IMG/VR virus record: IMGVR_UViG_3300033074_000977 | Coordinates: 1 to 64,000 of that record | Reading direction: 5' to 3' (one strand) | Length of the DNA: 64,000 bases | DNA from: a virus | Lineage: Duplodnaviria > Caudoviricetes | Shown here: one piece after another, positions 34,801 through 44,100 of the stretch | How the letters are laid out: every line of letters begins with the position of its first letter | Position numbering within the stretch: the first letter of the stretch is position 1 | Made by a program: the position numbers and the translations under genes | Notes under the pieces: generated by a model | Database searches by the model: none | Seen by the model: the letters and a program-made list of their open reading frames with translations, nothing else | What the model was told of the DNA's origin: nothing

Positions 34801-37800
34801 GGGTGATGTCGAATGCGTATCCTTTCAAAGATACATCCTTGTTGACTGTAAACGACTCCGCAAATCCGTGCAGATCTGGATCTAACAAGGCAAAAATATC
34901 TTCAATGTCATCAGGGGTTGCAAGAGATTGCTCAGTTGTATCCGGCTTGTGGAACTCATCAACCTTCCCACCGAATTTCTTCAGAATATTATTCGTCGTA
35001 TTGATCAAATTCCGATCATAGAACCACCCCGACTTCCCACCCACCGACTTATCTGCATCCTCCCCACGTACCCATGCCACCCGATCATAACCATTCTCAG
35101 CAGCGTAGCGGATCATCCGCCGCATAGCTAACTCAGGCCAGGTCTTTTTGAAGGGGCCGTCCGGGACTTTTAGATCTGAATCACGCTTCATTCTGTTTAA
35201 CTTGGTAGTTAACACGGCTGCTTGTTTATTTAACTCTTCATAACGAGCGTATATTTCATCTGTAGGGTTACGCATGTATTCTACATAGGCTTTATCAGCT
35301 AACTCAATAGCCTTAGTTCGCTGATTATCCAGTTCGTCCAAAGCTTTATTATCACCTATGTATCCCTGCTTCGCCCCAGCCTGATGCCAGTCACTCTGCA
35401 CTTCCTCGATAAACAACACCTTCTCACCGTTGCTGCCAGTGCGGTCGGTCATGCGCACATGGGCTAGGATGTTCGGTTCATCGAAGTGGCTTGAGCGGTA
35501 GTTATCATCGGCTGCCGGAATTCTAGGATCATCCTCAGCAATCCAACGATCATCTACGCCGCCCTTCTCAGGTAATGTAAGTAACAACTCCCGGTAGTTC
35601 GAGGATTCACCGGGTTGGACATAGGTGGAATACTTAGTTGTATCTTTACTCAGCTTCTGTTCTAGGGCTTCCCGTTGACGATTAAGTTCAGCCAACTCCG
35701 CGTTTTCTTCGTCTGTCAGTAATCTGGCTAACCTTCCATCAGGATAAAACTCATTGTACCAACTATCAATTGCGGCATTTACTTTACGCAATTCAACGAA
35801 GTCTTGTTGATCCCTACCTTTCCAAACCTCCTTCACCTCAACCTGCCTCCGTGCCACCTCCGCCAACACCTCATCCCTAGTAACCTTCCTCCCGCCCTGC
35901 TCCTCCAACCAATCCTGCACCCCAGTCCATTCCAACTCCCCTGGGCGTAACCCTGCATTCTTTAACTGTGCTTGAAGTTGTTTCGCGGGCACCGGCCCAT
36001 TGACCTTACTCTTAATATACCGCTCCAGCCCGCTGTACCAAGTTGGCGCGAGGATATCTGCGTCATAGTTTGGATCTTGTTGCTTGCTAAGATGCGGCTG
36101 ACGGTTCACACCATACCCATTGTCAGGTAGCCGCTCCGGGAACTTCGGCGTTTCCACTCCCCGCCATTCCAACCCCAACCGCTTACCACTAACCGGATCC
36201 CGCGAATAACGCACTCGATTAGCTTCATATAGTCTCTTGAAAGCTACAGCGGCTACCTCCCGATCCATCCGCCCCACCCACACCTGCTCCATCACCCCCG
36301 GCCCGTGTTTATCCATCACCGCCGCAAAGTAATCCCCGACCAACACCCCGCGCTCCTGCTTACTCAACCCCAACCCAGGATCCGGCCCAGGCTGCGCGGC
36401 ATATGCAATCGCCTCATTCGTCCATTCCACCGGGTCGTACCCTTGCAGCGGCGACTTACTATCCCCTATCCCTAAAATAACCTTCGCGCCAATCGGATGA
36501 TCCGCCAGCCACCCAGGGCTGACCGTAGCCCGCGGGTCCACCCCCAGCTCCTTGGCGATTTTATCCGTCTGGACATGGATGCTCTCGTGCCCGGTTACGG
36601 TTTGATCGAACGCACGTGCTACTGGGTTAGCCGGATCCGCCGCTTTCTGCTTATTCAACACCCGTAACGCTGCGGATCGTTCACCGCCAGCTGTGGCAGC
36701 TTGTAGATGTTCAGCTAAACTCTCGAACACCACCGCGCCCGTGGCTAGGTCATTCAACTTCGGATCACCATTCGGTAGCTGCTTGATAGTTTCCTTGAAC
36801 TGTGCTGCCTTCTCTAGTAAATGCTCCGCTACCAGCCCGGCATCACGCGCGGGTAAACTCATCCCCTGCGCCACCCCGGACATTATCTTACTGCCGGGTA
36901 ATACTGCCTGACTTGCACGGTCAATCACTGCCGCCGCTTGTGGGTTAAGGTACAGCACGCCTTCCGGGTCGGCTGGATTATCCACCAGTTGCACGCGTGC
37001 TTTATTAAGTAATCCAACCGTGACCCGGTTATCCCAGGGCAGATCCTGCGGTTGCCAGAAGTCCTGTCGCAAGGCAGCTAAGTTATCTGGAGGTAGGTCT
37101 AAGTTGTAGCTACTCGGATCCAACTCACCGCTCATCCGTGTCGCAGCCTGGGTAGCCTTGCGTGACCTGCCACTCCCGCCCAATACCACCGGGTCCATAA
37201 TCACGTTCGCCACACCGCCGTGTAAGTAATCCAGCCAGTCCGGCGCAGGCTGACCTGGATGTAACATTCCATCCACTCCAGTCTGTGCTATCCCACCTAC
37301 CAGCTGCGCGCCTGCCTGTGCGGCTACGGGAGACTTCTTCAACAGATCCACCACCGGCCCCGTGCGCGGAGTCTTCCGTATCACATTCGCAGTCTTACCC
37401 AACGCTGACAGCAGCACCCCTTCCGCCGCCCCTTGCACGAATGCACCAGCTAAGGTGGCAGGATCCTGCTCACCAGCTGCGTGTAGCGACTCCGCTTTGT
37501 AAACCCCGAACCCAGCTGCTGGACCAAGTAGCTCCGTCGCCACTGCCATCTGTGGGAGTTGGATACCCAGCTGCGTCAGAAATCCCACCGTGCGATCCAA
37601 CGCTCCACGTTCTTTAATCGGTCGCGCAATGTCGTAATTCTCGAATGTCGGTGCAGATTCCTTGGCGATGTTACTAAGCGCCTTCCCCAGATCGCCCAGC
37701 ACGGTTGGCATGTCATCTGACCCGAACACGTCCTGTAGAACTTGACCAGTTAAGGCTAGGCTGTTGTTCAACCCTTGGTAGCCGTAGCGCATTATTGAAC

Positions 37801-38236
37801 TTAGCACCAACCCAGATCCAGGTTGAATTGCACCGGTAGCCGATAACGTAATATCCGGCACCGTAGTCAGCTCCTCGAACCGACGTGCCTCCGCCTCGCG
37901 CTCATCGCGTAGCCGATAATCCGCCAACTCAGCTGGAGTCATCCGGGCGTTCTCTATGAAGGCGTATACCCTGCGTGCACGCCAGTCGAATGGGTTAGCC
38001 GGATCCGCCGCCTGCATAGCCGGTTGATCAGCTAGCTTACGCGCTACCTTGCTTACCCGGGCACGCGGCTTAGCCACCGGACGCTTGCTCGCAGCTGCCA
38101 CCACCTTCTCAGCTGTAGTCTGTCCAGGGTTAAACGCGAGTTTCTTCAGCGGATCTACATAATCCTGCGGCTGGTCTAGGTCGCTGATGATCGCAGCTGG
38201 AATTACTTTGCGCTGCTTCTTGCTTTGTGGAGGCAT
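31817..38236 (-). CDS. large internal virion/ejection protein of polyvalent type (2139 aa)
   Basis: Position after two ejection-like genes; HESIH (36575-36589) plus NEAIA; SHF..PNILAHVR...LFIEEVQSDWHQ...YAAENGYD domain; helical C-terminal region with FPF motif. Confidence 0.7.
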   Translation of the reverse strand: MPPQSKKQRKVIPAAIISDLDQPQDYVDPLKKLAFNPGQTTAEKVVAAASKRPVAKPRARVSKVARKLADQPAMQAADPANPFDWRARRVYAFIENARMTPAELADYRLRDEREAEARRFEELTTVPDITLSATGAIQPGSGLVLSSIMRYGYQGLNNSLALTGQVLQDVFGSDDMPTVLGDLGKALSNIAKESAPTFENYDIARPIKERGALDRTVGFLTQLGIQLPQMAVATELLGPAAGFGVYKAESLHAAGEQDPATLAGAFVQGAAEGVLLSALGKTANVIRKTPRTGPVVDLLKKSPVAAQAGAQLVGGIAQTGVDGMLHPGQPAPDWLDYLHGGVANVIMDPVVLGGSGRSRKATQAATRMSGELDPSSYNLDLPPDNLAALRQDFWQPQDLPWDNRVTVGLLNKARVQLVDNPADPEGVLYLNPQAAAVIDRASQAVLPGSKIMSGVAQGMSLPARDAGLVAEHLLEKAAQFKETIKQLPNGDPKLNDLATGAVVFESLAEHLQAATAGGERSAALRVLNKQKAADPANPVARAFDQTVTGHESIHVQTDKIAKELGVDPRATVSPGWLADHPIGAKVILGIGDSKSPLQGYDPVEWTNEAIAYAAQPGPDPGLGLSKQERGVLVGDYFAAVMDKHGPGVMEQVWVGRMDREVAAVAFKRLYEANRVRYSRDPVSGKRLGLEWRGVETPKFPERLPDNGYGVNRQPHLSKQQDPNYDADILAPTWYSGLERYIKSKVNGPVPAKQLQAQLKNAGLRPGELEWTGVQDWLEEQGGRKVTRDEVLAEVARRQVEVKEVWKGRDQQDFVELRKVNAAIDSWYNEFYPDGRLARLLTDEENAELAELNRQREALEQKLSKDTTKYSTYVQPGESSNYRELLLTLPEKGGVDDRWIAEDDPRIPAADDNYRSSHFDEPNILAHVRMTDRTGSNGEKVLFIEEVQSDWHQAGAKQGYIGDNKALDELDNQRTKAIELADKAYVEYMRNPTDEIYARYEELNKQAAVLTTKLNRMKRDSDLKVPDGPFKKTWPELAMRRMIRYAAENGYDRVAWVRGEDADKSVGGKSGWFYDRNLINTTNNILKKFGGKVDEFHKPDTTEQSLATPDDIEDIFALLDPDLHGFAESFTVNKDVSLKGYAFDITPAMREAVLYQGQAIPLNIQPDPDYDAANPAGEAADEAAGKLELDPDITHLRKTNASSEISQQVATQREAERKAYREIANLRARIRRNNDLAAAATKMQQDAGLPQPELDAEIQQLGTELKQQHVAAVKKFRELRSRGSVLKGELAGQLGDNTARKRAEAKLAAKGRLANGDQLPPIDAPLDQVRMSNEYGNFLANVAKDMLIASDVPLLDSSEMSTTDQLINAMRTGRTTVPQLDEVAKRYGLKDTVELFERFRQFGSAAGRDLNIFARQQREINKLRGLSPELDDWINSRPPTMQEIDAIANGPSIARQLVNLNIGATIAQLATQTPNVVTGLVNATGVRSIINLADQVIERAIGSKRELTGGPGEPSKFEQNSVPPLSTVLAPVFAASNVTKDILNNPYWFAHGKLKDGTLNDPADRPAEKSIRIAQELHNFQPELMRKFDSQLSDDVIQIHLLPHAEAVQAERDALTLLKNQVTNMPAGADKFQRLARIKEAEARLAKSDRWLPKVLHEASRGLHKYLTLARMGERFVRTISLVSNLETEAARYGLDLEQLDTANEIHKLPAAVVERAVNQALQDTYATRPEPGSLTAQAYNWYAKSNDPAAVLTSAVFPFVGFMGNYAKMVLDYSPLPIIKAALVGAGESGPTVENHQKLIKATLGTAVYVAVAAMIEDKYDEAERTGKPVGSWHSVGGVSVRNVPQLVAPLYVADYIARQRRGLAAPEADSALEFFNILAGLDMRNITGTFKWLDDLITAAQDQTGNKGTKAAEAAATAFSDWFGRYLTPLNMYTDIGAQYFTSMRDVKDLYGMGAGSLFAPILNRVPVAREQLSDKIDPYTGMPVHRTDLPAIKAITGFTVLPEQSYPARIFQHAGIKLTDWIPFTGVTEVDRDLVATIGRLMKERTADLEATQQHMDIDQKIVDTYDVARAVADDAFEEVLSRYPEVERKLEDAGEFNRWERRVEDKERKRAGRPTLAEEQLQLMQQRKAAAGSVNK

Positions 38237-38241
38237 AGGGT

Positions 38242-39795
38242 TTATTTCTTCCGCACTAATAACTTGCTGCCGTCGCTACTCACCGACAACACCAGAAACA
38301 CACCGCGTTCCGTGGTGACAGTCTGACCTTTCGTCACAGCTCCAGGTTTAATCCCGAACCCTTGTGGATTCAGTAGGAAGATCTTAGGATCACCATACAC
38401 GCGCGCGAGCGAACGAATCGGCGCATCTGGGGGTGGAGTTGATTCGTCGTCGATGTAGTAGTCGTGTTGAGTGTATTGTGTGTCCGCTGTGGTGGTAGTT
38501 TGTTCCTGACGCAGCACACGGTCAAGGTCTAATTGCTGACCACCGGTACCTCCACTAACTCCTCTAGGGACTGATTTACTCACGGTACTCTTGGCTTGTT
38601 TCGCAGCCGCTAACTTAGTCTGCGCAGCAGTTAACGCAGCCGTTACCTTACGGTACTCCTCAACCTCGCCCTTCGTACTCTTGCGATTGAACATCTCAGC
38701 TTCGATACGTTCAGCCGGGGTATTGGGTAACTTACTCCGCCAGTTATTCCAGATGTTATCCTTGAGCTGTTGCAGTCGCTGCACTTCAGCCATAGCCTCA
38801 GCCTCATCCTGCTGCGCTTTAAGCACATCGGTACGATCCTGGCGTTGAATCGTAGCCGCCTGCCCACCCGTAACCCCACCCCGCCCAGCATTCGCCAACG
38901 CTTCAGCAGTCTTAGCCTGCTTATACGGCACCCCTAACTCCGCCGAACTAGCCTGCGACTCCTTGACCCGGGCAATCATCTGCCGTGCGCGCAAGGTATA
39001 CGCCTTCATAATCGGATCATCTTCACCGACCGCATCCAAATCCAACCCTTCGTTAGCTGCTAGCGCGCGAGCTATGGAAGCTTCCTGGCGGCGGGTAGGG
39101 TCGGAGGCAGTTGCCTTGCCGCTGCTACGAATCGTAGCGATGTTCTCTTTTTCAGTGCTACCTCGCCGAATCGGCTTCTCGTGAATCTCGCCAGTCTTCT
39201 GATCGTACAACTGCACGTACCGCTCACCAGTATCCGGGTCAGTGATAATCCCTAACGGTTGGTACTTGCCATCTGATGGGAATTGGAACTTCCCGGATGG
39301 TGGCACATACCCAGCCCCTTGTTCAGCCACTGACCGTACCCGACTAGCCGGTTCCTCACCTTGCTGCTGGGCTATCTCGGATTCATTCGGCAGCAATTCT
39401 GCGAACTTACCTAAGAACTGTGCCTGCGCAGTATGATCCGCCTGGGGGTTCCAAACTTCCTTCCAGCCTCTCTGGGTTTTCGGATGAAGGATGCTGGTTA
39501 GCAGCTGTAGCTTCTTGGGCGTGTTCTCAGGTGAATCCGGGATCGCATCCAGTATCGCCAAGCTTTGCTGAATCGCCGCGTCATCCTGTGACTTAGCTTC
39601 TTCCCGGCGACGATTATGCTCACCGATAACGCCCGCCATCAATCCCTGAAAAGGAGTCTGGGGTGCTGCGGCAGTAGCCTGCTGTGGTGCGTAGTTATCC
39701 CGCACCTGCCCAGCGCGCTGTGCAACCTGCTGCAACACCTGCATCAGCTGGGATAGTGACTGGGCACCGTATTTCGCGTTTGATACTGATGGCAT
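38242..39795 (-). CDS. internal virion (ejection) protein
   Basis: Gln/Ala-rich helical protein in the typical podovirus position. Confidence 0.6.
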   Translation of the reverse strand: MPSVSNAKYGAQSLSQLMQVLQQVAQRAGQVRDNYAPQQATAAAPQTPFQGLMAGVIGEHNRRREEAKSQDDAAIQQSLAILDAIPDSPENTPKKLQLLTSILHPKTQRGWKEVWNPQADHTAQAQFLGKFAELLPNESEIAQQQGEEPASRVRSVAEQGAGYVPPSGKFQFPSDGKYQPLGIITDPDTGERYVQLYDQKTGEIHEKPIRRGSTEKENIATIRSSGKATASDPTRRQEASIARALAANEGLDLDAVGEDDPIMKAYTLRARQMIARVKESQASSAELGVPYKQAKTAEALANAGRGGVTGGQAATIQRQDRTDVLKAQQDEAEAMAEVQRLQQLKDNIWNNWRSKLPNTPAERIEAEMFNRKSTKGEVEEYRKVTAALTAAQTKLAAAKQAKSTVSKSVPRGVSGGTGGQQLDLDRVLRQEQTTTTADTQYTQHDYYIDDESTPPPDAPIRSLARVYGDPKIFLLNPQGFGIKPGAVTKGQTVTTERGVFLVLSVSSDGSKLLVRKK

Positions 39796-39819
39796 GGTTT
39801 GAGTAAACTCCTTATCAAC

Positions 39820-40584
39820 TTAGGCCAACACAATCCCCGAATAATCCGGGCCTTTCAACCCAGCCGTACTTCCCCCGCCGCCGCCCTTGCCAGCTTTGAT
39901 CTGACCCATAATATCCGTCAGCAACGGCCCTAGCCCCTGCAACACCCCAGCCATCCCCTGATCCTTGCGAGCTTTATCCGACATCTGCCCAGTCAGCATT
40001 GAAGTGATCGCCTGCAATACCGCAGACGCTTGCTCGGTGGATAAATTTCCCCACTGGATAGCTTGGTTGCCGGTAGCTTGACCGGTCTGCAACGCCCCAG
40101 CAGCTGCTTGCGCGCGTGCTTGTGGGATGAGTTCCATCAGCGCACGGTTACGGTCAAACCCAGCATTAGCCAATCGTTGGTTCCGCCCGCCGCCCCTGGG
40201 TGCGAACATCCCGATCTGATTCAGCAACCCTTGGAATTGGTCGTTCACAGCGGTACGTTGCGGGCCTAGGACGCTGTTCAATGCGGTAGGGTTATCGTTA
40301 GATAGGATACCCTGGTAGTAGTTGGACGCAGCGGTCAGATTGGGTAGCGCGAGGTCATACATCGCGTTCTGTTTGTCGCGCGACTGCCCGGACCAGTTCA
40401 TTAAGTTGTTAAGGCTGGGGTCGATTTTATTCTCCAGCTGTTTCTGGAGCTTCGACTTCCCACCCGTGAACAACCCGGCAATCCCACCGATCCCTGCACC
40501 AATCGCCATCCCCACTGGACCGCCGATAGCACCGATCTGCGCGCCGGTTGCTGCACCGCCCAAAGCGCCTGACAAACTTGGCAA
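39820..40584 (-). CDS. DNA pilot/ejection protein
   Basis: TTG 40584 after AGGAGG SD; N-terminal glycine zipper GAATGAQIGAIGGPVGMAIGAGIGG; Gln/Ala-rich. Confidence 0.7.
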   Translation of the reverse strand: MPSLSGALGGAATGAQIGAIGGPVGMAIGAGIGGIAGLFTGGKSKLQKQLENKIDPSLNNLMNWSGQSRDKQNAMYDLALPNLTAASNYYQGILSNDNPTALNSVLGPQRTAVNDQFQGLLNQIGMFAPRGGGRNQRLANAGFDRNRALMELIPQARAQAAAGALQTGQATGNQAIQWGNLSTEQASAVLQAITSMLTGQMSDKARKDQGMAGVLQGLGPLLTDIMGQIKAGKGGGGGSTAGLKGPDYSGIVLA

Positions 40585-40595
40585 ATTACACCTCC

Positions 40596-40964
40596 TTAGA
40601 AAACCTGCACCCAAGTGGCAGTTTCGTTATCCGAATAAACACATTCATAAATAGCTGGGGTGTTGGGTAAGTACCATTTACTCCCAGCTGTGTAACCAGA
40701 TGATAAGTTATCAGCGGTAGTAGGGGCGGCGGTTGCATTTAGGTTCCGCACGCGCGCTATTTGAGTTAACCCTAAGTCAGTCAACACCTGATCAGGTAAG
40801 GGTTGCGGTTGGGGTTGTGGCGGTATGGGAATGAACTCAACCGGGGGCGTGGCGGCGGCACGGTTAGACAGCTCGCCAAGTTTACTTGCTACGTCACGCA
40901 GGTAACGTTGAAGTTGAGTTGGATCCTTTACTTCGTTTGGAGTTATTTCACGCATAGTTATCAA
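40596..40964 (-). CDS. small tail-associated protein (needle/knob-like)
   Basis: DP.QL.RYL N-terminus; APT..D..SGY..GS.W...Y.C...A.W fibre-type motif; follows the nozzle. Confidence 0.5.
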   Translation of the reverse strand: MITMREITPNEVKDPTQLQRYLRDVASKLGELSNRAAATPPVEFIPIPPQPQPQPLPDQVLTDLGLTQIARVRNLNATAAPTTADNLSSGYTAGSKWYLPNTPAIYECVYSDNETATWVQVF

Positions 40965-41173
40965 CTTCCCAGCTGCCTGAAGTATTCTCGCTTAAACTCT
41001 GTCAACGTAGTACATCTGCCTACCTCTATCTTGATCGGATGACACGGGCAACTAGCCAGATTACTATGCTCAACATCAACATCCCGATGCACCCAGACAT
41101 CCGTATCAGGTGAACTGGTGTAGTACAAATCCGCCAACGCATCTCCGAGTTCGGTGTAATGATTCTTTGGCAT
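40961..41173 (-). CDS. hypothetical protein
   Basis: ORF overlapping the neighbour by ATGA-type junction. Confidence 0.55.
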   Translation of the reverse strand: MPKNHYTELGDALADLYYTSSPDTDVWVHRDVDVEHSNLASCPCHPIKIEVGRCTTLTEFKREYFRQLGS

Positions 41174-41178
41174 AGCTG

Positions 41179-44100
41179 TTAAATCTCCGCTCCCGCTTCC
41201 ATCCCAGTCGGCCCACCAAACGGCGTCACCGTCCGATACGCCTGCTCGAAGCTCCTACCCCAATCCGCCACCTTCACACACGAGCTATTAAACACCCGCA
41301 CACCGTCTGTATTCGCTAATCTAAACTGGTAGATTTTACCCTTGGTAGGGTCTAACCTCAAGTAATATCTTGCCATTACGCCCCCGGTGCTGGGGATTGG
41401 ATACGTATATGCCACCCCGTCTATCGTTACGGTAAGCGTAGTCTCGGAGTCACTCTCCAGGTCAATGTAGCTCTCCGCCACATGCTTCCACCCACAACTC
41501 CCAAGATCAGTCGGCGCGGTTTCCCAGACAGTCGCGGACTCGGGATACGGCGTGACAATCCAGGTAACATTATAGATCCGCCAGGGATCCGCATCGGTAG
41601 GTACAATCCTTACCAACCTGCTCTTACCCGGTACCTCCAGCGAGAAGCTCCGGGGATCCCCCTGGCCATCCTGCTGGGTAGTAAAGCTCCCTAACGTGGC
41701 CTCACCATCCCCCTGCACTTCAAAAGTGCGACTTACGCCCAGTGTGTCTGCCTCCAGCACAAACCCCAACACACGCTTCGTGCCCGGTGTCCCACAGTCA
41801 TCCCAGTCAGTTACACGTAGGTTACTCAGCTCGGGCCGCAGTAGTAAACTAGGTTCCCAGGTATACCAAACAAACCCGCCCCCGAACGCTGACTCGAATG
41901 TAAACCGTGCCCCCAGGTTGATCGCAAATAAATCTTCTGGCAGATCAAACCTGGGCCGATTGCGGCCGATCTCCAAGGTTATGGTATCGGTCTGGATTAG
42001 GTTAGTGAATTCGTTAGAGTATATCGCAACTTCCAGCTGATCACCCACGTCAGTAGCATCTAAGTTGCACTCGTAATCACCCCAGTGTTTCTGCGCACGA
42101 AACTCCCCAGCGTTGTATGCCATCGTATCCCATTGACACTCGAAGGCATCGCCGTAGTCTTGCGTTAGCACACCAGTTAACGTCCCGACTTTGCTAGCGG
42201 TAGCGCACACCATTCGGTAGTCGGAGCTGTTCGCACCGATAGCTGGGTAGCGACAGCGCACGCCCTGATCAGCGTATTCATCGTACATCCAGGCACCACG
42301 TTGGATGGTGAGTACTAGCGTGGCCATGTCGATGACCAGCTCATTTGGGCGATCTTGAATGAGGTAGTCGAAGTATAACATTCCGGATAACGCGCTGAGC
42401 CGGAGATACATATCCTGCGTCATATCCGGGGCTGGGATCTGGTTAATATCCTTGCCCGGGATCCCGTCATGCGGGAATAGTTCGTATAACGCTTCAGTGG
42501 TGAGGGAGGTAGGCTGCCCACCTTCCGAGTAGTAGATGCCATCCTTACTTACAAAATAGATCAGCTTATCCACACACAACGCCCACGGAGCTACCAGCCC
42601 GCGTGAGTTGGCGATTTCCTGTGGGACATAGGTGAGCGCGCCGGTGAGGTCGCGGGAAGCTGTCACCTGCCACATACGCTCACTGCTAAACACAAACACC
42701 CTGCCGTCGTACACGCAGCCGTTGATCAGCGGTTCGTTGGGTGGAGTTACTTCGATGTAGTTAGCGTCGGTAGTGGTGTTGGGGTCGTTTTCGTTGGTCC
42801 AGTATAAATAGCCCGGGTTAACTGGATCACCGCAGGCGAAATAGACCAGTGCTTCAGCTCCGGTTCCATACGGGCCAAACACGCGCGACAGTGGTTTTCC
42901 CAGTCTAATTGGCGAAGGGAAGTAGAAAGATGTTGTTGTAGCAGCTCCAGCTGAGGCGGCAAGCTCGATGTGGGTAGTGTCAGCGGGTTGCTTGTAGAGT
43001 AAATGCGTTTTTCCATTGATCACAACCTCCGTCCCAGGTGCCCAGGTGGTATCGAAAGTATCCCCAGACAGCCAGATCATTTTATTGCCTACAATCCTGC
43101 ACGTCCCACGCGCGGGTCGGCCAGCCGTAGCGAACGGTGCGTATAAGTTAAACCGCAGCAGTTGATTATTCGCTATACTCTCATCAGGTAAGTTATCGGT
43201 GAAAGTCGTAGTCGCACCTGCTGGGTTATCCACCTGTCCAACATACAACCATTGCTTCAGCGTGCCACCATAGCGGTAGATATTAAGTTTCGTAACCTGC
43301 GGATCCGGGTGTTTTGCCAGTTGGATTTGGTTCTGCTGCCGCCGTGACAAGACACCAACTCGGGTGGCGGGACTCGGCAGGGATTCATCGCCAGTCGTAT
43401 CATTCCAACCAGTATAGCGATAGTAATAAGCATCAGAGAAAACTGTCGGAGAGCTGTAGCTATCCAACGCATATCCACCTCCAATCCACCAACTGCTAAT
43501 GGCACAGTCAACCGTAGCAGGCGTGGCCAGCTGCGTCAGCTGGAAGCTCGCCATAACCGCCGTGACATTCTTCAACGTCCGCGAACGATCCGTACCTACC
43601 CGCTGGAGATCCTTTACCTTGACGGTAAGTTGGTACCACTGCTCCTTACCAGACCCGATCTGAAACAACGGTTCGTTCTGATCGTTAACTGATACCCCAT
43701 ACCGATCCTGGAACTTCTTGAGGATTTCCCGTTTGTTCCCTGCGAATAGCCCTTTGGTCGTATCACCGAACCCAGACTTCAACGCACGAAAATCTGCTAA
43801 TGCCTGGTCATAGCTGATCAGCTTCCCGGTTTCGTTATCGCGGACTAAAGTGTTCGGTCCAGCGTTGAACTTATCGTAAATGGATTTCTGGATCCGCCCG
43901 GGAGTGGCACCGACCAACGAGGTGGCCAGCTGAAAGTCAGCGTAGGATTGTAAGTCAGCAGCGCGGGCTGCGTAGAAGTAGTAGTTACGGGAAAGGTCAG
44001 TACCCGCGTAGGTATTTAGTATAGTTCCCGGATCCACGTCGAACCACAACCTTACCTCAATCAGCCGGTTGATGTCCTGGATGTATAACCCAATACTGAT

